The notes under the pieces were generated by a model. That model had not been told where the DNA came from. It searched no databases and saw nothing but the letters and a program-made list of their open reading frames with translations. Shown piece by piece: positions 29,964-39,821 of a DNA stretch of 64,000 bases. The position numbers and the translations under genes are program-made. Position 1 is the first letter of the stretch. Every line of letters begins with the position of its first letter. The stretch is from an uncultured Verrucomicrobiae bacterium (GTDB lineage Bacteria; Verrucomicrobiota; Verrucomicrobiia; Chthoniobacterales; UBA10450), in the NCBI GenBank assembly GCA_963772275.1, contig CAVYWQ010000001.1:673615-737614 (forward strand), in the 5' to 3' direction.

Positions 29964-31123
29964 GTGTTGGCCATGGCGAAGCGCGGATCGTTGAGCGGGA
30001 TCAGGGAAACGCGCTGGAGTTGCAGCGAGAAGCAGACACCCCACAGGCCGCCCAGACCGAGAACAGCGGCGAAATCCAGCCAGCTGAAATGGAAACCATG
30101 CTGATAAAAAGCGGGGGTGACCAGCCACCAGACTTCGACCACGTGAGCAAGAAAAATGGCAGAGGCGACGGTCGTTAGGGCGACGACGCTCCGTTTCGTT
30201 TTGCGCGAGAGAAGCAGGAAGAATGGGACGAGGAAATGGAAGAGGAAAATGAAAATCACGATCCAGCGCCAGCCGCCCGCCGTCCGATGCAAATACCAGG
30301 AAATTTCGTGAGGAAGATCGCCCGACCAAACGATCAGCAACTGCCCGAACGCCATGTAGGCCCACATCATGGTTAACGCGAGCAGCAGGCTTCCCAGATG
30401 ATGAAAATTTTCCCGGCCCGTGATTTCGGCCAGCGCAGTGCGTGGCGCGAACCAGGCCAGAAGCACGATGCCGAAGGTCAGCGCGCTCAGCATTTGCCCG
30501 ATACAGATCAGGATGGGGAACATGGTCGAATACCAGTCCGGCTCGAGCGACATGATCCAGTCGACGAAGGCAAACGTGCCGGTAACCGGATAGATGACGA
30601 GTCCGGGGCCGCTCAACCGGCGCGCTTTCTTCGTTGGCCCGGGGTTGGGCGTCCTGTCCTGTTCGCGCGACCAATGAGTCAGCAAGAAGGCAATGCCACT
30701 CCAGAGCGCGAAGAGCACGACGGTCCGAATGACATAGCCGGGCTCGTTGATGAAAATGTGCTTATGCTTGAGCACGTCGTTCGCGGCTACGCGCTGCGGA
30801 TCGGCCCACGGATAGAGGTCGCGCAGACCGAAAAAGATTGGAATGAAGAAGAGCAGACCGAGTGGGAGCAAACGGGCGCTTGCTTCAAAAAAACGGCGAA
30901 GGGGAAAGCCCCATCTTCCGCCGGTCAGAAAATGAATCATGAGCCAGGCGAGCGATCCGAGCGAGATGCCGACCCAGAGAAGCACGGCGGCGAGATAGGA
31001 AATGTAGAACTGCCGCGGTTCGAGGATCCAGCCAATCACGCAGCCGGTCAGGCCGGCAAGGCCGATCAGGAGCGCGACAAAGCGCGCGCGCGGGAGCGGG
31101 TCGGTGTGTGATTGAGGGTTCAT
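29960..31123 (-). CDS. actF: alternative complex III subunit ActF (NrfD-like membrane protein)
   Basis: 387-aa polytopic membrane protein at the conserved position after actE in the act operon. Confidence 0.75.
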   Translation of the reverse strand: MNPQSHTDPLPRARFVALLIGLAGLTGCVIGWILEPRQFYISYLAAVLLWVGISLGSLAWLMIHFLTGGRWGFPLRRFFEASARLLPLGLLFFIPIFFGLRDLYPWADPQRVAANDVLKHKHIFINEPGYVIRTVVLFALWSGIAFLLTHWSREQDRTPNPGPTKKARRLSGPGLVIYPVTGTFAFVDWIMSLEPDWYSTMFPILICIGQMLSALTFGIVLLAWFAPRTALAEITGRENFHHLGSLLLALTMMWAYMAFGQLLIVWSGDLPHEISWYLHRTAGGWRWIVIFIFLFHFLVPFFLLLSRKTKRSVVALTTVASAIFLAHVVEVWWLVTPAFYQHGFHFSWLDFAAVLGLGGLWGVCFSLQLQRVSLIPLNDPRFAMANT

Positions 31124-31193
31124 GAGCGAAAGATGCGGATGGCTCGATCTTCGTTGCGGAGCGAATTTTGTCCGGCGGGTGTTGATATGAAAT

Positions 31194-31769
31194 TCATGGC
31201 GATCGCTCCAATTGCGTTCGCTCCGGCGCGGACACGTCGCTGAGACTGGCGTTATGGCTCAACTGCAGGGCGCGAATGTAAGCGGCGATCGCCCAGCGAT
31301 CGGCCGGTTCCACTCGCGTGGCATACGGGTACATGACGCCATAGCCATTTGTGATGACGTCGTAGAAATGCCCGATCGGCGCATTGCGCAGGCGCGGCAG
31401 ATGATAGGAAGGAGGCGCCGGAAATCCGCGCCGCACCACCTCGCCATTTCCCTCGCCCGTGCGTCCATGACAAACGGCGCAATAAATGTCGAAACGTTCC
31501 TGGCCGCGCGCGAGCATCTGCGGCGTCAGCTCTAGCGGGGGCGGCAACTGCGTAACCAGTATTCCATTCGTTAGGCCGGTGTAGAAGGCGGTATTCGCGC
31601 GCGCCTCGCCCTGCGCGACGGTATGCGGCGGCAGAGGTCGCGCCGACGTTCCGTTCCTGAAAAAATTGCTGGCCGAGAGCGGCTTTGCTTTGGGCTGATT
31701 ATACATGTCGCGCCGGCAGCCGAGCGCGAGCAGGCAGGCGGCGAGCAGCAGCGCTCCGCGCGTCGTCAT
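31194..31769 (-). CDS. actE: alternative complex III subunit ActE (monoheme cytochrome c lipoprotein)
   Basis: ORF trimmed to MTTRGALLLAACLLALGC (lipobox). Single heme site CAVCHG. Start overlaps the actD stop (ATGA). Confidence 0.8.
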   Translation of the reverse strand: MTTRGALLLAACLLALGCRRDMYNQPKAKPLSASNFFRNGTSARPLPPHTVAQGEARANTAFYTGLTNGILVTQLPPPLELTPQMLARGQERFDIYCAVCHGRTGEGNGEVVRRGFPAPPSYHLPRLRNAPIGHFYDVITNGYGVMYPYATRVEPADRWAIAAYIRALQLSHNASLSDVSAPERTQLERSP

Positions 31770-32299
31770 TTCATCACCTCCGCGATTCTCATGGGCGACA
31801 GGCTTTGCAAAAATTCGCGCGTGTGGGCGGGAGTGAACTGCGGATCCTCGGCTTCGATGCAGAGGAAGAAACGATCCTGCGAGGCGCGCTCGAACTCGGG
31901 CAGGTTGAACATGGGATGATACGGTTTGGGCAAACCGCTCAGGCCTAACGAGAAGAAAAACGCGGTCAGCGAAGCGCCCAGCACGGTCAGTTCGAAGGTG
32001 ATCGGGATGAAGGCAGGCCAGCTGTGCAACGGACGCCCCCCGATGTTGATCGGATAACTGACGACATTGGCGAACCACATCATGAAGTAAGCGCTCGTCC
32101 CGCCGAGAATCCCGCCTAACAAAATGAGCAGCGGCATGCGGTTCTTCTTCCCGAGCGCCTCGGCCAGCCCTTCCACCGGGAACGGGGCATAGGCGTCCAT
32201 CCTGCGGAAGCCCCATTTGTAGGCTTCTTCGGCAGCGTGAACCAGTTCCTCGTGCGTCCTGAATTCGGCCGAGATACCAAAGAGTCCCTCGTCTTTCAT
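31766..32299 (-). CDS. actD: alternative complex III subunit ActD (DUF3341)
   Basis: ORF trimmed to MKDEGLFGISAEFRTHEELVHAAEEAY.... C-terminal TM helices. Start overlaps the actC stop (ATGA). Confidence 0.8.
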   Translation of the reverse strand: MKDEGLFGISAEFRTHEELVHAAEEAYKWGFRRMDAYAPFPVEGLAEALGKKNRMPLLILLGGILGGTSAYFMMWFANVVSYPINIGGRPLHSWPAFIPITFELTVLGASLTAFFFSLGLSGLPKPYHPMFNLPEFERASQDRFFLCIEAEDPQFTPAHTREFLQSLSPMRIAEVMK

Positions 32300-33714
32300 A
32301 GCGCGTTCGCCTTGGTTGGTTCGGCCACCAGCTCGCGCGACTCCGAAATTGAAATCATTGGGATGAAGCGAACGAAGAGGAAAAGAAGGGTCAGGAACAG
32401 ACCAACGCTGCCGAAGAGCACCGCCCAATCCCAGATGGTCGGGAAAAACATGCCCCACGAAGTGGGCACGAAATCGCGATGCAGACTAGTGATGACGATG
32501 ACGAAACGCTCGACCCACATGCCGACATTGATGAAAAACGCGACGATAAAGAGCCAAAGAGGATTGCGCCGAACGCGCGCCGACCAAAGCGCCTGCGGAA
32601 CAACGACGTTGCAAACCATCAGCCCCCAGAAGACCCAGCCGTAGGGTCCGAAGGCGCGATTCATCATCATGTATTCCTCGAAGATGTCGCCGGAGTACCA
32701 TGACATGTAGGCCTCGATGAAATAGCCGTAGGCCACCATCATGCCGGTGACGAACATGACGTTCGCCATGTTGTTGAGGTAGCGCTCGGTAATGAGATTC
32801 TCGAGGTGATAAATCTTGCGCACCGGGATGACGATGTTCAGCACCATGGCGAAACCGGAGTAGATCGCGCCGGCCACGAAGTAGGGTGGAAAGATGGTGG
32901 AATGCCACCCCGGCACCTGGGCCACGGCGAAGTCCAGACTAACGACACTGTGCACGGAAAGAACGAGCGGCGTAGCCAGACCGGCGAGGATGAGATAGGA
33001 AATCTGCTGTCGCTGCCAGTGCGCGGCGGAATTGCGCCAGCCGAGCGCAAAGACGCCGTAGATTTTTTGCTGCCACTTTTTCCGAGCGCGATCGCGCACC
33101 GTCGCCAGGTCCGGGACCAGGCCGAGATACCAGAATAAAACGGAGACGGTGAAGTAAGTCCCAACCGCGAAAACATCCCAGACCAGCGGGCTGCGAAATT
33201 GCGGCCAGACGCCCATGGTGTCGGGATAGGGAAAGAGCCAGTAGAAAATCCACGGACGGCCGAGGTGGAGCAGCGGCATGAGGCCGGCGCAGGCGACCGC
33301 GAAAAGCGTCATGGCTTCAGCGAAGCGATTGATGGCGGTGCGCCAGTGCTGAAACATCAGAAGCAGAATGGCGGAGATGAACGTGCCGGCATGCCCGATT
33401 CCGACCCACCAGACGAAATTCACGATGGCAAAGCCCCACGCGACCGGGATGTTGATTCCCCAGATGCCGACCCCGCGGATGAAAAGCCAGGAGAGCGCAA
33501 GAAAAAACATCATGAGGAGAAGGAACGAGATGACGAACCCGATCCACCACGGCTTCGGCTGGACATTGCGGAGAACAATGGAGCCGACCGTTTCATTTAC
33601 CGACTCGTAGGTTTGCTCCGGCGCGAGCAGGTTCGATGGATAGCCCAGCGGCGAGAGGCGCGTGTTCTTTCGCTCGTCAGGTGGAATGGCTGCCGCTGCC
33701 ATTTGATCGCTCAT
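32296..33714 (-). CDS. actC: alternative complex III subunit ActC (NrfD/PsrC-like quinol-interacting membrane subunit)
   Basis: 472-aa polytopic protein of NrfD-family appearance, at the expected operon position after actB. Confidence 0.85.
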   Translation of the reverse strand: MSDQMAAAAIPPDERKNTRLSPLGYPSNLLAPEQTYESVNETVGSIVLRNVQPKPWWIGFVISFLLLMMFFLALSWLFIRGVGIWGINIPVAWGFAIVNFVWWVGIGHAGTFISAILLLMFQHWRTAINRFAEAMTLFAVACAGLMPLLHLGRPWIFYWLFPYPDTMGVWPQFRSPLVWDVFAVGTYFTVSVLFWYLGLVPDLATVRDRARKKWQQKIYGVFALGWRNSAAHWQRQQISYLILAGLATPLVLSVHSVVSLDFAVAQVPGWHSTIFPPYFVAGAIYSGFAMVLNIVIPVRKIYHLENLITERYLNNMANVMFVTGMMVAYGYFIEAYMSWYSGDIFEEYMMMNRAFGPYGWVFWGLMVCNVVVPQALWSARVRRNPLWLFIVAFFINVGMWVERFVIVITSLHRDFVPTSWGMFFPTIWDWAVLFGSVGLFLTLLFLFVRFIPMISISESRELVAEPTKANAL

Positions 33715-33736
33715 CGTTCACCTCCGGGCAGGCGAC

Positions 33737-36704
33737 TCATACCGGCAGCTCCTCACTGGGGTTGCGCAACTTGGCGAGATAACTGGTGCGCGGTCGCGTG
33801 TTCAAGGCGGCGAGCATGCCGTAGTTGAGCGGCAGTTTCTTCAGCCGCGAGACACGGCTGTTCTCATCGTGAATGTCGCCAAAAGTAATTGCCTCCGCCG
33901 GGCAGGCCTGCGCGCAGGCCGGCGTGATCTCGCCATCGCGGATCCTGCGATTGTTGTCGAGCTCGGCGGCGTAGCGCGCGGCATTGATGCGTTGCAGGCA
34001 ATAGGTGCATTTTTCCATGACGCCGCGACAGCGCACCGTGACGTCTGGATTCTTGACCAATTTTTCGGTCGGCGAGAGTGCGCCGTTGTACTCGAGAAAA
34101 TTGAACCGGCGCACTTTATAGGGACAGTTGTTGGAGCAGTAACGAGTGCCAACGCAACGGTTATAGACCTGGAGATTCAAGCCTTCATCGTCGTGCACCG
34201 TGGCGCCGACCGGGCAGACCAGTTCACACGGGGCATCCTCGCAATGCATGCACGGCACCGGCTGATGATTGAACTGGGGATGCGTCGGCGAGCCGGCGAA
34301 ATATTGATCGACCCGAATCCATTGCATTTCGCGGCCGACCATGACCTGATGCTTGCCGACGACCGGAATGTTGTTTTCCGCCTGACAGGCAATGGTGCAG
34401 GCATTGCACCCGATGCAGGTACTGAGATCGATGACCATGCCCCAGGCGTATCCCTTGTTCTTGTATTCGTCGGGGTAGTAGAGTGTTTCGTCGTGCTTCG
34501 GCACTTCCTCCATCTCGCGGGCGAAAGCGGGTCGCGCCTGAAACTCACGCAAGGTGCCCGCCCGCAGCATGTGTCGCCCTGCAATGGTGAAATGGTGCTG
34601 CGTGTTGGCGAAAGCCTCGGTGGCGTCTAGTTTTCGAATGGTCAGCCCCTGCCCGAACCAGAGAGCACCGGAGGTGCGAAGGGCGCAGGCGTTGTAACCT
34701 TTATTCGTGCCGACGCGTCCGGCCTGCATGCGGCCGTAACCGAGTTGTAATGTAATCGTGTTCTCCGCCTGACCGGGCATGATCCAGATCGGTGCGCGCA
34801 ATTTTCGGCCGGCGAAGTTCAGCTCGATGTAATCCTGTGGCCGCAAATTCCCACGCGCAGCCAGTTGCGGACTAACGAGCGCCGCGTTGTCCCAGGTGAG
34901 CTTGCTGAAGGGCTTGGCCAGCTCCTGCATCCAGCCATTGTTGCTGTAGCGGCCGTCGAGAATGTTTGGATCCGGGCGAAACAATATTTCGAATTGGTCC
35001 GCGCCTTCCTGGTGGCTCGCGCTCTCGGAGAGCGATTCGGCGGATTGTTCCGTGCCGATTTGATTGCTCGCGACGGTTTCGCGCCCGGCGGGCGCAATCC
35101 ACCCGTTCGGAACCACCCCCTGGTTGAGCGCCTGACGCCAATTTTCCTCGAAGGCCGGGTTGGGATTCAGGATCTGCCAGCTTGTGCGCACGATCTCGTA
35201 AGCGCTCCGCACCGGTTGGCCGAACGAAAGCTTCGATCACTTCATGCGTGGTCAGGCTATCGTAGAGCGGCTCAATGAGCGGCTGCACGATCGAGAGCGT
35301 GCCGTCGAAGGCGCGCACATCACTCCACGATTCGAGAAAGTGCGACGCCGGAATGAGCCAATGACAAAACCGTGTCGTTTCGTTCTCGTGCAGACTGTGA
35401 TGCACGCGCAGCTTCACTCTTTGCAAAGCCTTCGCGAACTCGAAATCGACAGGAGCGTCGTAAACGGGATTTCCGCCCAGCATAACGAGCATTTCCACGG
35501 CGCCGCCGTTCATTTCCTCGACGAGCGTGCGCAGGGAGGCGAGGTGATTGGTCGGATCAATCTCCACGATCGGCGCGCGAAAAACGGTCACGCCGGTGTT
35601 GCCGAGCGCTTCATTGATCTGCGCCACGAGCGCGTGCACGGCGGGTGGCTGTGTTTCGCCGGTTACGACCAAACTCGCGCCGCGATGCGCCTGTAGATCG
35701 CGCACGACGGCCTGCAGCCATGGTGCGATTTCGGGCGACACGTTGGGCGCGGCGTTTGAACCGCCCCCGACCTGGGCCGCGAGCGCGGCGGCGATTCCTG
35801 CGATCTCGCGGGCTGCGACAGGAAGGCGATGATCCGCATTCGAGCCGGTCACGGTCGGAGTCGGTTCCGCCACATAGAATCGACTCATGCTGGCCCGGCC
35901 GACATCGCGGACGCGCCGCGTCGCCGCAAAGTCACGCGCATGCCGGAGCGCTTCGGGATGCGCGTAGAGGAAATCAGAATCCAGGGCGACGATGATGGCG
36001 GCCTTGCCGAGGTCGTAACGCGGCTGTGCGCCACCGGCAGCCCTGGCCCAATCGCGCGTGAGCGGTTCCCATGAATGGAGCCGGGCCTGCGGATATTTCT
36101 TGAGCAGGGCCTGGAACTGCGCGCCGAGTGTCGGCGACGTGATGGTGGGAGCGAGAAAACGAAGGCCGGCCCCGCCGTTGGCCTGCAGCCTAACGAGTTG
36201 ACCGTTCAGATATTCGAGAAAATTTCCCCAGGTGCTGATTTCGCCGCCGTTGGTGACCGATTGCGCACGATCGGGATCGTAAAGATTCAGCACGTCGGCC
36301 TGCGCCCAAACGGAAGTGGCGCCAAGACTGGCCGGATGCTGGGGATTTCCCTCGATCTTGGTCGGGCGCCCTTCGTTGCTCGTAACGACAACGCCCTGTC
36401 CGTATCCGCCGAAAGTGGTCGCGCTGGCAAAGCGCAGCGGCTTGCCCGGCACGATTTCCTCCGGCTGCTTCACATAGGGGACAATCTTTTCGAGTGGCTG
36501 CTTCGTGCACGCACCGAAGCCGGCGAGTGCGAGCGACGCCCCCATCAGGCGCAGGAAATCGCGCCGATGCATTTCGAGGGAGCGTGCGGAAACACCTTCC
36601 GGAAATTCGGCGTGGAGCCAGCGTTGGAACTCCGGGTTTCCGTCGAGTTCGTCCAGACTGCGCCAGTAGCGGGGGGAATCGGCAATTGGCAATCGGCAAT
36701 TCAT
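33737..36704 (-). pseudogene. actB: alternative complex III subunit ActB (molybdopterin-oxidoreductase-like + 4Fe-4S domains), interrupted by a +1 frame break near 35213..35236
   Basis: N-terminal frame: MNCRLPIADSPRYWRSLDEL..., Tat motif RRDFLRLMGASLALAG, MopB-like body up to ...THEVIEAF. C-terminal frame (+1): ...GQPVRSAYEIVRTSW... with ferredoxin clusters CIGCNACTIACQAENN and CMHCEDAPC. After the break the first frame decays into a 113-aa Arg-rich tail. Confidence 0.8.
36676..36702. repeat. copy of the CCAATTGCCGATTG simple-repeat family at the actA/actB junction
   Basis: The minus strand reads GAATTGCCGATTGCCAATTGCCGATTC immediately after the actB ATG. Same 14-nt word as the tandem array at 46995..47030. 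Confidence 0.75.
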
Positions 36705-37363
36705 CAGCGATGACACGTGCTGCAATTCGTCAGGCGGCCGCTCAGATCGACGTGATATTGCGCGGCCAGCCGCTTTCCTTCCGCCGTCTGATTCGGCCCA
36801 GGCTGCCAGGCCATGTTGTAAATCTCGGAGCGCGGCCGCAGATATTGCCCGGGCGCGCGATGACATTGGAGACACCACTTCATGTAGAGCGTTTCCGCGC
36901 GCCAGGTGATCGGCATGCGATCGACGCGACCGTGACAGGTCGAACAACCGACCCCTTTGGCGATGTGGATGCTGTGATTGAAATAGACAAAGTCGGGCAG
37001 ATCATTGACGCGTGTCCACTTGATCGGCTGCCCGGTGGCGAGACTTTGGCGAACAGGCGCAAGCGGTGCGGCCTGCGTCCAGAGCTGCGAATGGCAGGTC
37101 ATGCAGGTTTCGGTCGGCGGAAGACCGGCGAAGGATGATTTTTCGACCGAGGTATGACAGTAGCGGCAGTCGATGCCGTCGTCGGCGACGTGATGCTTGT
37201 GGCTGAAGGGAACGGGCTGCGCGAGCGGGACCTTGACGTAGGTGGTGTAGGGGGACCAGAAAACTTCCGAGTTCACGAATCCGCCGAGACAGATCAGCAC
37301 GACGACTCCGACAACAGTGACTTTGGCATGAACATTGGAGCGCTTCGGAAAAATCTGGGCCAT
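36704..37363 (-). CDS. actA: alternative complex III subunit ActA (pentaheme cytochrome c)
   Basis: 219 aa with an N-terminal TM anchor and five CxxCH sites (CRYCH, CMTCH, CSTCH, CLQCH, CSTCH). Its stop overlaps the actB start (TGATG). Confidence 0.88.
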   Translation of the reverse strand: MAQIFPKRSNVHAKVTVVGVVVLICLGGFVNSEVFWSPYTTYVKVPLAQPVPFSHKHHVADDGIDCRYCHTSVEKSSFAGLPPTETCMTCHSQLWTQAAPLAPVRQSLATGQPIKWTRVNDLPDFVYFNHSIHIAKGVGCSTCHGRVDRMPITWRAETLYMKWCLQCHRAPGQYLRPRSEIYNMAWQPGPNQTAEGKRLAAQYHVDLSGRLTNCSTCHR

Positions 37364-37389
37364 GGATGGCGATCAACAAAACGGGGCCG

Positions 37390-37746
37390 CTACGTCGCGC
37401 GCACCCATCGTTCTGCCTGCGCGAGATCGTTGGAATCGAAATATTGCACCTGCGCTTTCACAAAAACCGAACCGATCTTTGTCATCCATTTCTGCCAGCT
37501 TTTTTCGCCGACCATGGCGACGCGCTCGACTTTTTCGGAATAGGCGCGGTCGAAAGAAAAATCTTCCCAGGCCGCCTTCGCATCCCAGCCGTGGAAGTCG
37601 TGCATGACAAAAAGCATCCGCATCGAGCCATGTTTCGCGATCACCTTTTTCCAGGCGGGAACGAGATCGTCGTAATCCTTCGAAGTGAGCGTCCCACTCA
37701 CTTTCACCGTCACCACATTGCCCTCATCCTCAGTGATTTCGTGCAT
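37390..37746 (-). CDS. STAS/SpoIIAA-like protein (DUF3478-like)
   Basis: ORF 37390..38046 trimmed to MHEITEDEGNVVTVKVSGTLTSKDYDDLVPAW.... 118 aa. Confidence 0.6.
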   Translation of the reverse strand: MHEITEDEGNVVTVKVSGTLTSKDYDDLVPAWKKVIAKHGSMRMLFVMHDFHGWDAKAAWEDFSFDRAYSEKVERVAMVGEKSWQKWMTKIGSVFVKAQVQYFDSNDLAQAERWVRAT

Positions 37747-37826
37747 GAATCGAACGGCGCACGATGGCACTGGCCCGCGCCTACCTTTCCATCGCGTCTG
37801 CGGCGGAAAGAGGATGCCGTGATTTT

Positions 37827-39623
37827 TCAGGAACGGTTTACTTCGCGCGCCGGATGTGGTTTCTCGGTAAGGATTTGCGCGGTATTGACGAGCGCGACGT
37901 GCGAGAAGGCCTGCGGAAAATTGCCGAGGAGGCGTTTTCGTTTCGGGTCGTATTCCTCGGAGAGCAAACCGAGGTCGTTTCGCACCTCGAGAAGGCGGTG
38001 GAATAATTCCCGCGCTTCTTCCTTGCGCCCGAGCAGGTGCAGGCAATCGGCCAGCCAGAAAGAGCAGGGCAGAAAAACGCCTTCCCGCCCCGGCAACCCG
38101 TCGACTTTCTTTTCCTCCGGACGGTAGCGCAAAATAAAACCATCCTCCGTAAGATCGCGTTCCACCGCAGCGATGGTGTTGCGCACGCGTTCATCGGTGA
38201 TGGGGAGAAAACCGACCAGCGGTAACATGAGAAGACTCGCATCCATCGCTTCCGAGCCGAAGTACTGCGTGAACGCTTTCTTCTCCTTGTTATAGCCGAG
38301 CTCACAAACCTCGTGATGAATCCGCCGCCGCAGCTCCTTCCAGCGCCCGACATTTCCGTTGTCCGAACAATGCCCCTCTTCGACAAGCTTGATCGCGCGA
38401 TCGAACGCCACCCACGCCATCACTTTGGAATGCGTGAAGTCGCGTTTCGGTCCGCGCACTTCCCAGATCCCGTCGTCCGGTTCCTTCCAGATTTTTTCGA
38501 GGTGATTAACAAGCCCGACCTGCATGCGCCAGTCGGACTCGCTAGTCTCGAGCCCGACGGAATGAGCGCGAAACATCGCGTCCATGATTTCGCCATAAAC
38601 GTCGAGCTGAAATTGATTCGAGGCGGCGTTGCCGATCCGGACCGGCTTCGAGTCCTCGTAGCCCTTAAGCCAGCCGATCTCGAGTTCATCCAGGCGCCGC
38701 TCGCCGCAAACCCCATACATGATCTGCATCTGCGCGGCACTGCCGGCGACGGCGCGCAGCAGCCACTCGCGCCAGGCTTTTGCCTCCTCCTTGTATCCGG
38801 CACCGGTGAGGGCGAGGAGGGTGAAAGTCGCGTCGCGCAGCCAGCAGTAGCGATAATCCCAGTTGCGCACCCCGCCGATTTCCTCCGGCAGCGAAGCAGT
38901 GGGCGCGGCAACGATTCCACCGGTCGGCGCGTAGGTGAGCCCTTTCAGCGTGATCAGGGAACGGAGAACCGCGTCGTGATATTCACCCTTGTTGTTGCAG
39001 GTGCGCGACCAGTCGTTCCAAAAGTCTTCCGTCTCTTTGAGGGCATGCTCGGGGCGCACGGCAGGCGGCGGTTCGCGTTGCGATTCGAACCAGGTGAGCA
39101 CGAAGGGCATGCGATCGCCTTCGTGCACGGTGAACTCCGCCACCGTCGTGAGATTGCGGCCGGTCATCTCAACCGGCGTGCGCAGGATGAGCGCGTTCGG
39201 TCCGGCGATGGCCTCGAGGCCGCCATGAGCGCGGCGCACCCACGGAACCGTCAGCCCGTAATCGAAACGAATGATCAATTCCATCTGCATCTTCACCTCG
39301 CCCTGCACGCCTTCGAGGATGCGCACGATGTCGGGCGCCTGACCGCGCAGCGGCATGAAGTCGATCAGACGCACGGCGCCGTCCGCCGTTTCCAACTCCG
39401 TCTCGAGAACGAGCGTGTTCCCGCGGTAGCGACGGCGCGTTTTCTTTATTTCGTCGTTAGGCCAAAAACGCCAGCGACCGTTGCTCTTGTCGCCAAGCAG
39501 CGAGGCGAAACAGGCTGCGGAATCAAAACGCGGAAAACAAAGCCAGTCGATGCAACCATCGCGAGCGACCAGCGCGCCGGTCTGCGTGTCACTGATGAAT
39601 GCGTAATCCTCGATTTTCAGCAT
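37827..39623 (-). CDS. glycoside hydrolase family 15 protein (glucoamylase/trehalase-like)
   Basis: Start set at MLKIEDYAFISDTQTGALVARDGCIDWLCFPRFDS, the typical GH15 N-terminus. (alpha/alpha)6 catalytic region with WDYRYCWLRDA. Confidence 0.88.
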   Translation of the reverse strand: MLKIEDYAFISDTQTGALVARDGCIDWLCFPRFDSAACFASLLGDKSNGRWRFWPNDEIKKTRRRYRGNTLVLETELETADGAVRLIDFMPLRGQAPDIVRILEGVQGEVKMQMELIIRFDYGLTVPWVRRAHGGLEAIAGPNALILRTPVEMTGRNLTTVAEFTVHEGDRMPFVLTWFESQREPPPAVRPEHALKETEDFWNDWSRTCNNKGEYHDAVLRSLITLKGLTYAPTGGIVAAPTASLPEEIGGVRNWDYRYCWLRDATFTLLALTGAGYKEEAKAWREWLLRAVAGSAAQMQIMYGVCGERRLDELEIGWLKGYEDSKPVRIGNAASNQFQLDVYGEIMDAMFRAHSVGLETSESDWRMQVGLVNHLEKIWKEPDDGIWEVRGPKRDFTHSKVMAWVAFDRAIKLVEEGHCSDNGNVGRWKELRRRIHHEVCELGYNKEKKAFTQYFGSEAMDASLLMLPLVGFLPITDERVRNTIAAVERDLTEDGFILRYRPEEKKVDGLPGREGVFLPCSFWLADCLHLLGRKEEARELFHRLLEVRNDLGLLSEEYDPKRKRLLGNFPQAFSHVALVNTAQILTEKPHPAREVNRS

Positions 39624-39821
39624 GGTTTCTTGATCGTTACCCGGGAAGCGACCTGTGAATTTTGAACGTCTGTTCAAGAGAATTCGTCACAAATAGAAGA
39701 AATGGCTTTAGCCGGAGCGTAACAAATCGACGCGCCGGTCGGGCGTGACAGGCAGGGAACCATTTCATCTCCGGCATTTTCTCCGAGGGCACGCCCTGGC
39801 TGGCGCGGGCACAGGAGGTAT

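Noticed and set aside
29964-30674. Long N-terminal extensions of listed ORFs, e.g. 29487..30674, 31194..32216, 25047..25916, 31766..32458, 1584..3206, 4622..6349
   Set aside because: The extensions overlap the preceding gene in another frame and are Arg-rich. Internal ATGs give N-termini typical of the families and create ATGA/TGATG couplings, so the features were trimmed.
35213-35236. Shared octamer CTTTCGTT at both +1 frame breaks (actB and kinase/PEGA) as a programmed slippery site
   Set aside because: The octamer lies in different codon phases relative to the incoming frame at the two sites. The kinase break point is only localised to about 130 nt. The match was found post hoc, and an assembly indel is the simpler explanation.
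38313-39665. 450-aa + strand ORF
   Set aside because: It is antisense to the GH15 glycoside hydrolase, which has diagnostic motifs. The + strand product has none.
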